Under the pieces are notes generated by a model that worked only from the letters and a program-made list of their open reading frames with translations, made no database searches and was not told the origin of the DNA. Shown here piece by piece: positions 11,783-23,212 of a DNA stretch of 27,882 bases. A program made the translations under genes and the position numbers. Position 1 is the first letter of the stretch; every line of letters starts with the position of its first letter. Location: the NCBI RefSeq assembly GCF_006345805.1, contig NW_021827573.1, forward strand, positions 1 through 27,882, given 5' to 3'. The DNA is from Octopus sinensis. Taxonomy: Eukaryota.

Positions 11783-11964
11783 GCTGAAAAGTATAATAAC
11801 GGTTGCTTCTCATCGGACCCCATGCAGGAAATGCCTGAGGAATCTATTCCTACGACCCTCCCAGTAATTGTTGGCGGCGAAAATGGATGGATCGAAGGAT
11901 GGTTATTTTCCCATTGTAGCAGTATTTTTTAATTACTATTTTTTTTTTTCACATTCGATTAATA

Positions 11965-12202
11965 TTGGGTTGGTGCATAATTATTGCGGTTTTTTTTAAA
12001 CAAGCTTTATTCCACAAAAACAATAACAATATTTAACAAAAACATCTTTAAATGACGGTCTGACCGTCTGCCAAGGAAATAGAAAGTATTAATTGAAGTA
12101 GATGGTGAATATGCTCCGCAATAACCATTTAAAGATGTTTTTGTTACATGCTGTTGCATAAAATTTGTTGAAAAAAGCTGCAATAATTATGCACCAAACC
12201 AA
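11965..12202 (+). mobile_element. Mariner-derived MITE
   Basis: TIRs ttgggttggtgcataattattgcggtttt / aaaaagctgcaataattatgcaccaaaccaa, TA on both sides. The interior keeps a transposase C-terminal relic (PRK*KVLIEVDGEY). Confidence 0.88.
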
Positions 12203-12390
12203 TAATCCTATCATTGGTTCAATCGTTAAATGACGCAAGATATTTAGTGCATTGCTCTACTGATTCTTTCAGTCACCAATTTTTACAATAAGTAAAAATT
12301 TTTACAATGTATAAGAAAATATGTTCCATGCTTAAACAAAAATCTTCTTTAAAAAAGAACACCAAGAACATACATATAGGTGTTCAATAG

Positions 12391-12510
12391 GTACTTATTT
12401 TATTGATCCGAAAGAATGAAAGTCAAAGTCGACCTCGGCGGAATTTGAACTCAGAACGTAAAGACAAGCAAAATACCACTAAATATTTTACCTAGATTGC
12501 CATCTCGCCG
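12391..12510 (-). mobile_element. SINE B fragment
   Basis: aaagtcgacctcggcggaatttgaactcagaacgtaaag. Confidence 0.8.
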
Positions 12511-12599
12511 TCTAAGAAGATCCATCAATATCAACGTATGATTATGCGTGCCTGGAGACCCTTCTTTTAAATAAGTAATTTTTATCGTTTAAGAAGGCA

Positions 12600-13610
12600 T
12601 GGGTTATCTTCAATGGGGCAAAATTATGGCAAAGCTAAAAGACATTTTTATTTTTGCTCATCAAAATGGAGAGCTCTTTTAATAACATTACTGTGACGCT
12701 GCACAAGGAAGTCGGGTCATAATTTCGAATATTACGAATGGGTGCAGAGTTGAACGCTTCAGAAAACAAACAATTCAAAACTTAGAACCTACGACGAGAA
12801 AATAAAACCACTCTACTTTGATATCAGGTGAATCCCAAAACTTGTGAGTAATACAAGAAACCAAACAACGATATTCCAGAATATTCCAAGACACAAGATG
12901 TGAGTATTAACCGCCGATGCAGCTACCGTCAGCAGAGCAGCAGATTAGTACAGTAAGACAATATCAATACCAAGAAAAATAACGTATTCATTGACACCAT
13001 CTTGCAACCGCAGTAAAACAATAGGGAAAGGAATATCTTATGATATAACCCACCACACAACTTTGATGGAAATCTCAGCGCTGTAAAACACTTCGTCAAC
13101 CCTAATTGACAAGCATTTTCTGAATAACTATATATTCCAAAATTTTGTCAAACAAGCAACATTAAAGTGAACTACGATTACTTGAAAAGTATTTAAAGTG
13201 GACAATGCTAAATTGCTGCAACTAAGCGGGGAAGAGGCCGGCTCACGGTTACAGGAAAGTAAAGCTCTTTCCTCTGAAGACAAAATGCGCAGAAAGAAGC
13301 ATTATATACCATGCTAATGTTTTCTCCCACAGTACATGAAGTTGACAGGCTTTACAAAGCTGTATTTCAAGAAACGTCTGCGCCAGTATAACTAATTCTG
13401 TAATCACCAATTTAAACATAAAACTCTAGAACACTTTCAAGACATATCTAGAAATCGAGAATCATGGAAGATTACAAGTATCAAATGATCACTGGTAGAT
13501 AAAGCAAAGGTAGATAAAGAATGAGAATGGAGAAAAATTATTGTACATTATATATTTCGTTTTTGGATTTGGTTTGCAAGATTCTTTACATGAGTTCGTG
13601 TGTTGAAGCA
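12600..13610 (+). mobile_element. Decayed Penelope-like retroelement (RT palm/thumb plus GIY-YIG endonuclease)
   Basis: Collinear motifs across frameshifts: GAEL 12741, YKKPNND 12852, NIP 12880, SINRR 12903, RNIL*YNPP 13029, LIDKHF 13102, SNIKVNY 13155, SIIYHANV 13298 (GIY-like), YMKLT 13333 (YIG-like), FKKRL 13366, TLSRHI*K 13431. Confidence 0.8.
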
Positions 13611-13957
13611 TATTCTGTTGTGTCTGGGGAGAGTCATTTTCTTTTTGTGCCTTATAATTTAACACACGCACCGGTAAAATTTCCCCTTATTTCTTATTTT
13701 TATTTTCCAAAAATTTTCGTTGCATCTTGCAACCTTTTCAATAGTGTTGAAAATTTCCACTTATTTCTTACTTTTATTTTCTTAAAATTTTCGTTGCGCC
13801 TTGCAACCTTTCCAATAGTCAAGACTATTGAAAAAGTTTCAAGACACAACAAAAATTTTAGGCAAATAAAAATAAAAAATAAGTGGAAATTTTACCAGTG
13901 AGTGTGTAAAATAATAAGGCACAAAACGAAAATGACTCTCCCCAGACACAACAGAAT
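13611..13957. mobile_element. TA-flanked fold-back MITE with long TIRs
   Basis: tattctgttgtgtctggggagagtcattt...ccggtaaaatt is inverted as aattttaccagt...aatgactctcccagacacaacagaata. Central caatagtc-aa-gactattg hairpin; internal ~70-bp direct duplication. Confidence 0.85.
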
Positions 13958-14189
13958 AAATTATATATATATTATTAATATTCAAGGAAGGAATATGGAG
14001 AGAATTAGATGAATGAAAAATTTATTTCTATGTTTAAAATGTTGAAAAATTTATTTTAAAGACCTTAGCGTACAAATAATTGCTTATAAGTTGTAAACCT
14101 CAAAAAGAACTTTTGTCACTTTCCGTCGTCACGCTGCCGTCATGTTCCCAAAATTGCATGCCTTGAACTTAAATTATAAACTATTATTT

Positions 14190-14213
14190 ATGCTGTTGTT
14201 GTTGTTACTATTA

Positions 14214-14290
<77 letters not shown>
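14190..14290. repeat. (TTG)/(TTA)n/(GTA)n trinucleotide repeat
   Basis: Directly visible. Confidence 0.95.
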
Positions 14291-14292
14291 AG

Positions 14293-14525
14293 AGAGTGAG
14301 TTGGCAGAATCGCTAGTACTAACACCATTTTGTCTTTTCTTCGTTCTGGGCTCAAATACTGTCGCAATTGGACTTGCCTTTCGTTCTTTCGAGCTCGATA
14401 CAAAAAAAAAGTACCAGTCAAATACTGGGGTCGATGTGATCCACTAGCCCCCTCCCCCACCACCACCACCACCACTCCCTTCCAACAAATTTTCATGCCT
14501 TGTGCCTCAAGGCAGAAAGGATTAT
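14293..14525 (+). mobile_element. Old diverged SINE B-type copy
   Basis: gagttggcagaatcgctag head, gtaccagtcaaatactggggtcgatgt core, ccttgtgcct...agaaaggatt tail. Confidence 0.65.
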
Positions 14526-14535
14526 TTGTAACGAG

Positions 14536-14950
14536 GTGGCAAGCTGGCAGAAACGTTAGCACGCCGGACGAAATACTTTGTGGTATTTCACCCACCGCTG
14601 CGTTCTGAGTTCAAATTCCGCCGAGGTCGCCTTTGCCTTTCATCCTTTCGGGGTCGATAAAATTAAATACCAGTTACGCACTGGGGTCGATGTAATCGAC
14701 TTAATCCGTTTGTCTGTCCTTGTTTGTCCCCTCTGTGTTTAGCCCCCTGTGGGTAGTAAAGAAATAGGTATTTCGTTTGCCGTACGTTCTGAGTTCAAAT
14801 TCCGCAGAGGTTGACTTTGCCTTTCATCCTTTCGAGGTCGATAAATTAAGTACCAGTTACGCACTGGGGTCGATGTAATCGACTTAATCCGTTTGTCTGT
14901 CCTTGTTTGTCCACTCTATGTTTAGCCCCTTGTGGGTAATAAAGAAATAA
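14536..14950 (+). mobile_element. SINE B head-to-tail dimer (full copy plus 5'-truncated copy)
   Basis: First copy ends gtaaagaaatag at about 14767; second starts gtatttcg and ends taataaagaaataa. Confidence 0.9.
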
Positions 14951-15294
14951 GGATTATTTATGACGATGATAATGGTGATGATGATAACGACGACAACGAC
15001 GACGACGATGGCTTCTACAGTTTTTCGTCATCCATATTCCGCTCACAGGAGATTGGTCATCTCGAGGTGTCCAAAATCTTGTGCATTGGCATCAGACGGG
15101 TATGCATGTCTGCGACATTCATAATCGATTTTTTGTTTGTTATTTTGCTTTTCGGTTTTCTTTTTTCTATTTTTCCTTTTTGTTTATTTCTTTTTTGCTT
15201 TTTCTCTTTTCTTCTCATTGCTACAAGGTCGAAGATGGAGCGACATTGCAAAACACACAAAAACAATGTGACGGGAGCGGGACAGGAGGAGCTG

Positions 15295-15315
15295 ACAATA
15301 ACAACAACGACAACG

Positions 15316-15350
<35 letters not shown>

Positions 15351-15396
15351 AATAATATTATTAATAATACTACTACTACTAATAATAATAATAATG

Positions 15397-15448
<52 letters not shown>

Positions 15449-15533
15449 TGATGATGATGATGATGATAATAATAATATTAATAATAATAATAATAATAAT
15501 AATGATGATGATGATGATGATGATAATAATAAT

Positions 15534-15574
<41 letters not shown>

Positions 15575-15618
15575 CAATAATAATGATAATAATGATGATG
15601 ATATGATAATAATAATAT

Positions 15619-15655
<37 letters not shown>

Positions 15656-15672
15656 GTAATATTAATAATAAT

Positions 15673-15734
<62 letters not shown>

Positions 15735-15776
15735 CAATAATAATGATAATAATGATGATGATGATGATAATAATAT

Positions 15777-15816
<40 letters not shown>

Positions 15817-15851
15817 GTAATATTAATAATAATGTTAATAATAATAATAAC

Positions 15852-15886
<35 letters not shown>

Positions 15887-15929
15887 CAATAATAATGATA
15901 ATAATGATGATGATGATGATAATAATAAT

Positions 15930-15965
<36 letters not shown>

Positions 15966-15966
15966 T
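15295..15966. repeat. (ACA)/(AAT)n/(GAT)n array with ~160-bp higher-order repeat
   Basis: Marker acaacaataataatgataataatgatg at 15571, 15731, 15883; marker tagtaatattaataataatgtt at 15654, 15815. Confidence 0.9.
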
Positions 15967-16059
15967 TATTTTATTGGCCACAGGGGCATAGATGAAGGGA
16001 AATAATAATAAATTATAATTTTTGTCAAAATCTGTTTCTAGTTTAAAAAAAGTTTGCTA

Positions 16060-16435
16060 CTGTTGTTGTTGTTGTTTCTGTTGTTGTTGTTGTTGCCCGT
16101 ATCTTTTTCTCTCCTACCCATACCTCCTCCCACCTTACCTTTACATTCGCCCAGATTTACTTCATTTATATGTCTTTCTTTCGTTCTTTCTTTCTTTCTT
16201 CTTCTTCTTCTCCTTCGCCTTCTTCATCTTCTTCTTCTTCTTCTTCTTCTTCTTCTTCTTCTTCTCTTTTCTTCTCTTCTTCTTCTTCTTCTATCGCGAT
16301 AACGTTATTCTATTATACGAACCGTTCCCATCTTCTGCTTCCTCCTCATTCTCTTCCTTGAGACCCTACCCACCCCCAACCACCACAACCAACACCACCA
16401 CCACCACCACCACTACCACCACCACCACTACCGCC
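16060..16435. repeat. (TTG)n, (CTT)n and (CCA)n tracts
   Basis: Directly visible. Confidence 0.9.
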
Positions 16436-16549
16436 AACCTTTCTATTACTGACTCGACGCTGACTAATTTCCGGTTGTTGTTTTAAAGGATTAACGAACG
16501 ATAGAAGATTAGACTGAACAGCAGCAGAATGTGGTGAGTGGGAGGGAAT

Positions 16550-18087
16550 GGAGGGGACAGGTGGGAGGGAGGGTTTTAGCGGTAATGGTGGCGAGGGTGG
16601 TGGAGGCGGTGACGAGTGCGATTACGAGGATGGTGGCGGTGATGGTAGCGATGGCAGTTGTGGTATGGTGATGTTGATGTTAGTAAAGATGGTGATGGTC
16701 GTAATGGTAATGGTAGTGGCGGTGGTGGTGGTTGTGGTGGTGGTGGTTGTGGTGGTGGTGGTGATGGTGGTGATGGTGGTGATGATGATCACGATGAAGT
16801 TGACTATGATGGTGATGGTGGTGGCGATGGTTGTGGTGATGGTGGTGGTGGTGGTGGTTGTGGTGGTGGTGGTGGTGGTCGTCGTCGTGGTGGTGGTAGT
16901 CGTGGTGGTGGTGGTGGTGGTGATCACGATGAAGTTGACTATGATGGTGATGGTGGTGGCGATGGTTGTGGTGATGGTGGTGGCGATGGCTGTAGTGATG
17001 GTGGTTATGATGGTGGTTATGATGATGAAGACGACGACGGTGACGACGACAAGTGTGTTGATGATGTTAATGGTGATGCTGATGATGTTAATGGTGCAGG
17101 CAGTGATGCTGGTGGTGTTGATGGTGGTGGTGGTGGTGGTGTAGTCATGGTGTGGTGGTGGTGGTGGTGAAGCTGGTAGTGATAGTGATGATGTTGGTGG
17201 TGACGATGACGGTGGTGGTGGTGATGCTGATGGTGCAGACGGTGATGCTGGTGGTGTTGAGGATGGTGGTAGTGGTGGTGTAGTGGTGGTGATGGTGTTA
17301 GTGGTGGTGGTGGTGGTGGCGTCGGCTAACGGTTGTGGTTTCAGTAAATGGGGTTTGAGGTTCGAGGTGGTGATGGGTAGTGGTTGGTGGCGGTGGTGAT
17401 AGTGGTACTAAATATCGGTGGAAATGGCGGTGGTGGTGATAGCATTATTGGTGGTGTCGATGGTATTGGTGGCGGTTGCTGTCGTGGTATGACGACGATG
17501 TTGATGGTAGTGATGGCGGCGGTGGTGTTGGGTGTAGTGGCGGTGTTGGTAATAGTGCATGGTGCAATGACTGGTGATGTGTAGTGATAATAACGTTGAT
17601 TGTTATAATAAACGTGGCGGAGCGGCGCGGGGCTCTTGTGCGTAAATGCGGCGGTGTTGGTTTTAGGTAACAATAATAGCGATGTACTGTGTAATAGTGT
17701 GTTGTGGTGTTCATCGTGGTATGCCAAGATGGGAATGGTTTCGTTTACAATAGATGGTGGAGGAGGAGGAGGTATTGGTGGTGGTGGTGGTGGTCGTCGT
17801 CGTCGTCGTCGTAGAGATGATGATGATCATGGCGGTTGTGGTTGTGATTGTGGTGGTGGTGGTGCTGGTGTTATTGGTGTTAGTAGAGGGGGTGGTAGAT
17901 TTAGTGGGGGGTAATGGCGGAGCTAGTGGTGGTGATCGTCGTTGTGGTGGTGGTGGTAGTGGCAGTGCTGGTTGAGTGCCTTACGATAATGGTAATAATG
18001 ATGGTGAAGGTATGGTGTTGTTTTGCTTTGGTAGTGGTATAGATGACAGTGATGATGATGATGATGAGGAGGAGGAGGAGGATAGTA

Positions 18088-18120
<33 letters not shown>

Positions 18121-18238
18121 ATTATGGTGATGATGATGATGATGATGGTGTTGATGATGAAGATGATTATGATGATGATGGTGATGATGATGATGGTGAT
18201 GATGGTGTTGATGATGAAGATGATTATGATGATGATGG

Positions 18239-18271
<33 letters not shown>

Positions 18272-19140
18272 CGATGATGGTGATGATGACGATGACGATG
18301 ATGATGATGATGACGATGATGATGACGATGGTGATGATGATGGCGGTGTTGATGGTGGAGGAAACCCAAGAGGGAAGGTGTGTCGGTTTTGTAGCGGTGG
18401 TAGTGGTAGTAGTGATGGTGGTGGACGTGATGCTGGTGGTAGTCGTAGTGGAAGCAGATGTGACGATGGTGTTGGTGGTAGTGTTGATGGTGGTGGTGGT
18501 GGAGGTGGTGGAGGTGGCGGGGGAGGTGTTGGTGTTGGCGATGGTGTTGCCAGTGAATATATAACGTCGTTGGGTAACGTAAGTGATAAGGTATGGTTGT
18601 GGTAGTCGTAATGGTGGATGCAACTTGGGGAGTGGCAGTGGTGGTGGTGGTGGTGGTTGTGGTAGTGGTAGTAGGTGGCGTTGGTGTGCACTTTTGTGAA
18701 GGTCGCAGAAACGGTAACCACGTGAGTTCTGTATATTCAGACGATGGCGATATTCATGTTTCTGGTGGCAGGGGCGGCGGCGCGACGGCGATGGTGGTGG
18801 TGGTGGTGATGGTGGTGGTGGTGGTGGTGGTGGTGGTGGTGGTGGTGAGTAGCGTATGAAATGGCTGTCGTCACCATCGCAGTGTCACTGATCGAGGTAT
18901 GTAGAGGAGGATGGGTGAGTTGTGGGGGGGTGATGGTGACGGATATATTGTTCATTAATGGGAGTTGTTATTGTTGTTGTTGGTGGTGGTGGTGGTGGTG
19001 GTGGTGGTAGTGGTGGTGGTGGTGGTGGTTGTGGCGGTGGTGGTGGTGGTGGAAGTGGAAGTGGTGGTGGTGGTGGTGGTGGCGGTAGTGGTGGTGGTGG
19101 TGGAAGTGGTGGTGATGGTGGTGGTGGTGGTGGTGGTACT
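16550..19140. repeat. 2.6-kb degenerate (GGT)n/(GAT)n low-complexity domain
   Basis: Strong G/T strand bias; internal duplications at 16787/16922 and 18147/18204. Confidence 0.9.
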
Positions 19141-19218
19141 GACGAGTGGTAGTGTGAGATGACAGTGATAACAAGGGTGAGAGAAGTGAGAGGAAAGAGC
19201 TACTTCTACACACACGCA

Positions 19219-19275
<57 letters not shown>

Positions 19276-19319
19276 GTAAGTGATTTCGAAGTTTCGGCCC
19301 GCTAAACCATCATCGGGTT

Positions 19320-19748
19320 ACTTTTTACTCTTTTACTCTCTTTTACTTGTTTCAGTCATTTGACTGCGGCCAGGCTGGAGCACCGCTTTTTAGTCGAGCA
19401 AATCGTCCCAAGGACATATTCTTTGTAAGCCTAGTACTTATTCTATCGGTCCCTTCTGCCGAACCACTAAGTGACGGGGACGTAACACACCAGCATCGGT
19501 TGTAAAGCAATATTGGGAGGGGACAAACACACACACACAAACATACACACACACACAAATACATATATATATATATATATATAAATATATACGACGAGCT
19601 TCTTTCAGTTTCCGTCTACCAAATCCACTCACACGACTTTGGTCGGCCCGAGGCTATAGCAGAAGACACTCGCCCAAAGGTGGCACACGGTGAAACTGAA
19701 CCCAGAACTATGTATTTGGTAAGCAAGCTACTTACCGCACAGCCACTC
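19320..19748 (-). mobile_element. SINE family A
   Basis: Reverse complement of the family A consensus. Confidence 0.9.
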
Positions 19749-19804
19749 GTTACACACACACACACACACACACACATGCATACACCTACATAAGCATATA
19801 TTAT

Positions 19805-20222
19805 AGGCGCAGGAGTGGCTGTGTGGTAAGTAGCTTGCTAACCAACCACTTGGTTCCGGGTTCAGTCCCACTGCGTTGCATCTTGGGCAAGTGTCTTCTG
19901 CTATAGCCCCGGGCCGACCAATGCCTTGTGAGTGGATTTGGTAGACGGAAACTGAAAGAAGCCTGTCGTATATATGTATATATATATAAGTGTGTGTGTA
20001 TATGTTTGTGGTTCTGTGTTTGTCCCCCTAGCATTGCTTGACAACCGATGCTGGTGTGTTTACGTCGCCCGTCACTTAGCGGTTCGGCAAAAGAACCGAT
20101 GGAATAAGTACTGGGCTTACAAAGAATAAGTCCCGGGGTCGATTTGCTCGACTGAAAGGCGGTGCCCAGCATGGCCGCAGTCAAATGACTGAAACAAGTA
20201 AATGAGTAAAAGAGTAAAGAGT
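19805..20222 (+). mobile_element. SINE family A, full length
   Basis: Family A consensus. Confidence 0.9.
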
Positions 20223-20664
20223 ATTATAACCTTGAATTATTTACTCATTTATTTTGCTTCTAGCTCCTCAGCTTCTTTATTATATAAATAAATGGTACAT
20301 TAATTTGCGTATAATCCTCGTATCAGAATTATGATGTTATATCTGGTTTAAAATATTCAAATTTTTCAGAGAGATAAGCTGTCGTTGTCAATGCTGGCTC
20401 TTGCTACTGTAGTTGTTGTTGTTAATGTTATAGTTTTACCGGATTATTAACCTCATATTTAGAGTTTCTATTTACATAAGTTATAATCTACAACATGTCT
20501 GAATCAGTTTCATATCGGATCGACATAGAGTGCCTTATTCCTTTCATATTCAGATGATACCAAATTGAATTAGAACTACGAGTATATATTTATAATTTAA
20601 CGTAATATTATCTTATCTCATATATTTAGCATAAATAATTAACGACAGTCAACGTGTATATTCA

Positions 20665-20973
20665 CTTTTTTACTCACTTTTACTTGTTTCAGTCATTTCA
20701 CTGCGGCCATGCTGGAGCACCGCCTCTAGTCGAGCAAATCGACCCCAGGATGTTCGGGGGACAAACACAGACACAAACATAACATACACATACAAATATA
20801 TATACACATATACGACGGGCTTCTTTCAGTTTCCGTCTACCAAATCCACTCACAAGGTTTGGGTCGGCCCGAAACTATAGTAGAAGACACTTGCCCAAGG
20901 TACCACGCAGTGGGAATGAACACGGAACCATGTTGTTGGTAAGCAAGCTACTTACCACACAGCCACTCATGCG
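20665..20973 (-). mobile_element. SINE family A with internal deletion
   Basis: atcgaccccagga is joined directly to tgttcgggggacaaac; the segment between them in other copies is missing. Confidence 0.88.
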
Positions 20974-21009
20974 TATATTTAGAATATTTAAAGTAATATT
21001 TATAATATT

Positions 21010-21171
21010 AGGAGTGGCTGTGTGGTAAGTAGCTTGTTTACCAACCACATGGTTCCGTGTTCAGTCCCACTGCGTGGCACCTTGGGCAAGTAAGTGTCTT
21101 TTACTATAGCCCCGGGCCGACCAAAGCCTTGTGAGTGGATTTGGTAGACGGAAACTGAAAGAAGCCCGTCG

Positions 21172-21214
<43 letters not shown>

Positions 21215-21432
21215 TTGTGTGTCTGTGTTCGTCCCCCTAGCATTGCTTGACAACCGATGCTGGTGTGTTTATGTCCCCGTTACCTAGCGGTTCGGCAAAG
21301 AGACCGATAGAATAAGTACTGGGCTTACAAAAGAATAAGTTCCGGGGTTGATTTGCTCGATTAAAGGTGGTGCTCCAGCATGGCCGCAGTCAAATGACTG
21401 AAACAAGTAAAAGAGTAAAAGAGAGTAAAGAG
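21010..21432 (+). mobile_element. SINE family A, full length
   Basis: Family A consensus. Confidence 0.9.
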
Positions 21433-21747
21433 AATATCTGTATTTAGTTTGTATATCTCCAATATTTGATGCGCATCTTATTGCAATGGCGATCATGCGC
21501 CGGTATGTATATACGCGTGATTGATTAAAAAAATCCTATATTCCTTTTGTTTGCAATTAGTTTTGATTTGAGTAATTCCGTGGTCAAAAGAGAACTTCGA
21601 CGGTGTGCTGAATCCTGGAATTGCTCCAAGAACGTTTAGGTCATTAGTCTCGTGTTGGAGGAACTAAGGAATTTTGATGACATAAGAATTATTGGAAATG
21701 ATTTAGGAGCCATTAAGATGAGAATACTTTGCAAAGTGTATATATAT

Positions 21748-21811
<64 letters not shown>

Positions 21812-21813
<2 letters not shown>

Positions 21814-22055
21814 TTTAGAGATAGTATACCCTTACTTCTAACCAAATAAAAAGAATTTTTCTTTTAAATACCTACTGTTTTATTCCATGGCTACACGTGT
21901 TTCATGAGGTACATCCTTGTGTTCCTAAACCACTCCGTGTACACGGATGTACCTCATGAAACACGTGTTGCCAAGGAATATAACAGTAGGTATTTAAAAT
22001 AAAAATAAAAATTCGTTTTATTTAGTGACAAGTAGGGTTATACTATCTCTAAATT
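21812..22055. mobile_element. Palindromic element abutting (TA)n, carrying hammerhead half-cores
   Basis: Arms aatttagagatagtataccc...gaggtacatcc / ggatgtacctc...gggttatactatctctaaatt. GAAAC-ACGT-GTH on both strands (21958-21969 plus; 21903-21892 minus). Confidence 0.75.
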
Positions 22056-22778
22056 AAAATATATTTCTTCATTGAGAATAATTTGAACCTCTGTTATGCC
22101 GGAATTGTTATTCCCTAACAAATAATATTTATATATAGATATATAGATATATATTTGTGTGCGTGTGTGCTTGGTGTGTGTGTGTGTGTGTGTGTGAGTC
22201 TTTGTTCCATCGCAATCGCTTGTCAACCGCTGCTGGTGTGTTTATGTTCCCGTGAGAGGCCGATAGAATAAATACTAACCTCATGAAGAAAGTGTCCTGG
22301 GGTGGATTTCTTCGACTAACACCCTCTAAGGTGGTGCTCCAGCGTGGTCGCAGTCAAATGACTGAAACAAGTCAAAGAATAAAATAGTATATACTGTATA
22401 TGCTATAGGTTTTCATCAATGTTTTTCGCTCATTTCATCTCCCATCTGATATATATTATTTGTGCGCATGTATATACACACACATGCACACACACATATG
22501 CACTCATGCAGACAGACATATATATATTCATAAATTTACTCGTTCGGGTATACGTAAATATGCGTGCCAACGAGCGGTGGGGGGTCGACCTTAAATTTGT
22601 GAATGAGCAACCGTCTGATGACGAAACGCGATCTGCAGGGAAATAAACAGCGGCATCCACTTCCTGTGACGTAGTTTGAGATCTGTGTGTAACAAGACCT
22701 TTAGGAAACAGCATTTGTTATTCTGATTTTGTTCATACCTACAACTGACACCCACCCACATACATACATGTAGATGTT

Positions 22779-22902
22779 TGTGTGGTAAGAAGCTTGCTTC
22801 CCAACCTCAAAGTTCTGGGTTCAGTACCACTGCGTGGCACCTTGGGCAAGTGTCTTTCTGCTATAGCCTTGGGCCTCCAAAGCCTTGCGCGTAGATTTAG
22901 CA
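22779..22902 (+). mobile_element. SINE A 5' half (mirror copy at 25693-25848, minus strand)
   Basis: tgtgtggtaagaagcttgcttccc...gccttgcgcgtagattt; the variant gcgcgtagattt is shared with the mirror copy. Confidence 0.85.
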
Positions 22903-22955
22903 AACACACCACACACACACACACACCACACACACACACATATATATATATACAT

Positions 22956-23021
<66 letters not shown>

Positions 23022-23049
23022 GTAAATGTAATATGTGACAATTATTTGG

Positions 23050-23125
23050 TAGCCATAATAAAACTCCGAGTTTCGGATGCCGAGGTGGAAAATCCACGCC
23101 GCCATCTCTTCAGTTATCCGGCCAT
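23050..23125 (-). ncRNA. Type I hammerhead ribozyme motif (minus strand)
   Basis: CUGAAGA 23113-23107; GAAAC 23074-23070; stem III ACUC-g-GAGU; stem I GAUAA/UUAUU extended by GGCC/GGCU; predicted cut after 23062 on the minus strand. Confidence 0.65.
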
Positions 23126-23138
23126 ACTATTTTTTCCG

Positions 23139-23212
23139 ATGGCCGAATAGCTGAAGAGATGGCGGCGTGAATTTCCACCTCGGCATCCGAAACTCGGAGT
23201 TTTATCATGGCT
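23139..23212 (+). ncRNA. Type I hammerhead ribozyme motif (plus strand)
   Basis: Stem I AUAG(23147-50)/UUAU(23202-05); CUGAAGA 23151-57; stem II GAUG..CAUC; GAAA 23189-92; stem III ACUC-g-GAGU; GUU triplet, predicted cut after 23201. Confidence 0.65.

Noticed and set aside
14932-19273. Poly-N/D/G/H/V/T ORFs up to 240 aa, resembling His- or Gly-rich structural proteins
   Set aside because: Stop-free trinucleotide repeats open multiple overlapping frames; no signal peptide, no GHG- or GGY-type motifs and no splice support.
22611-22635. ctgatgacgaaacgc, with mirror copy at about 26080-26095, as a hammerhead
   Set aside because: Only one base lies between CUGAUGA and GAAA (no stem II), and there is no convincing stem I or III.
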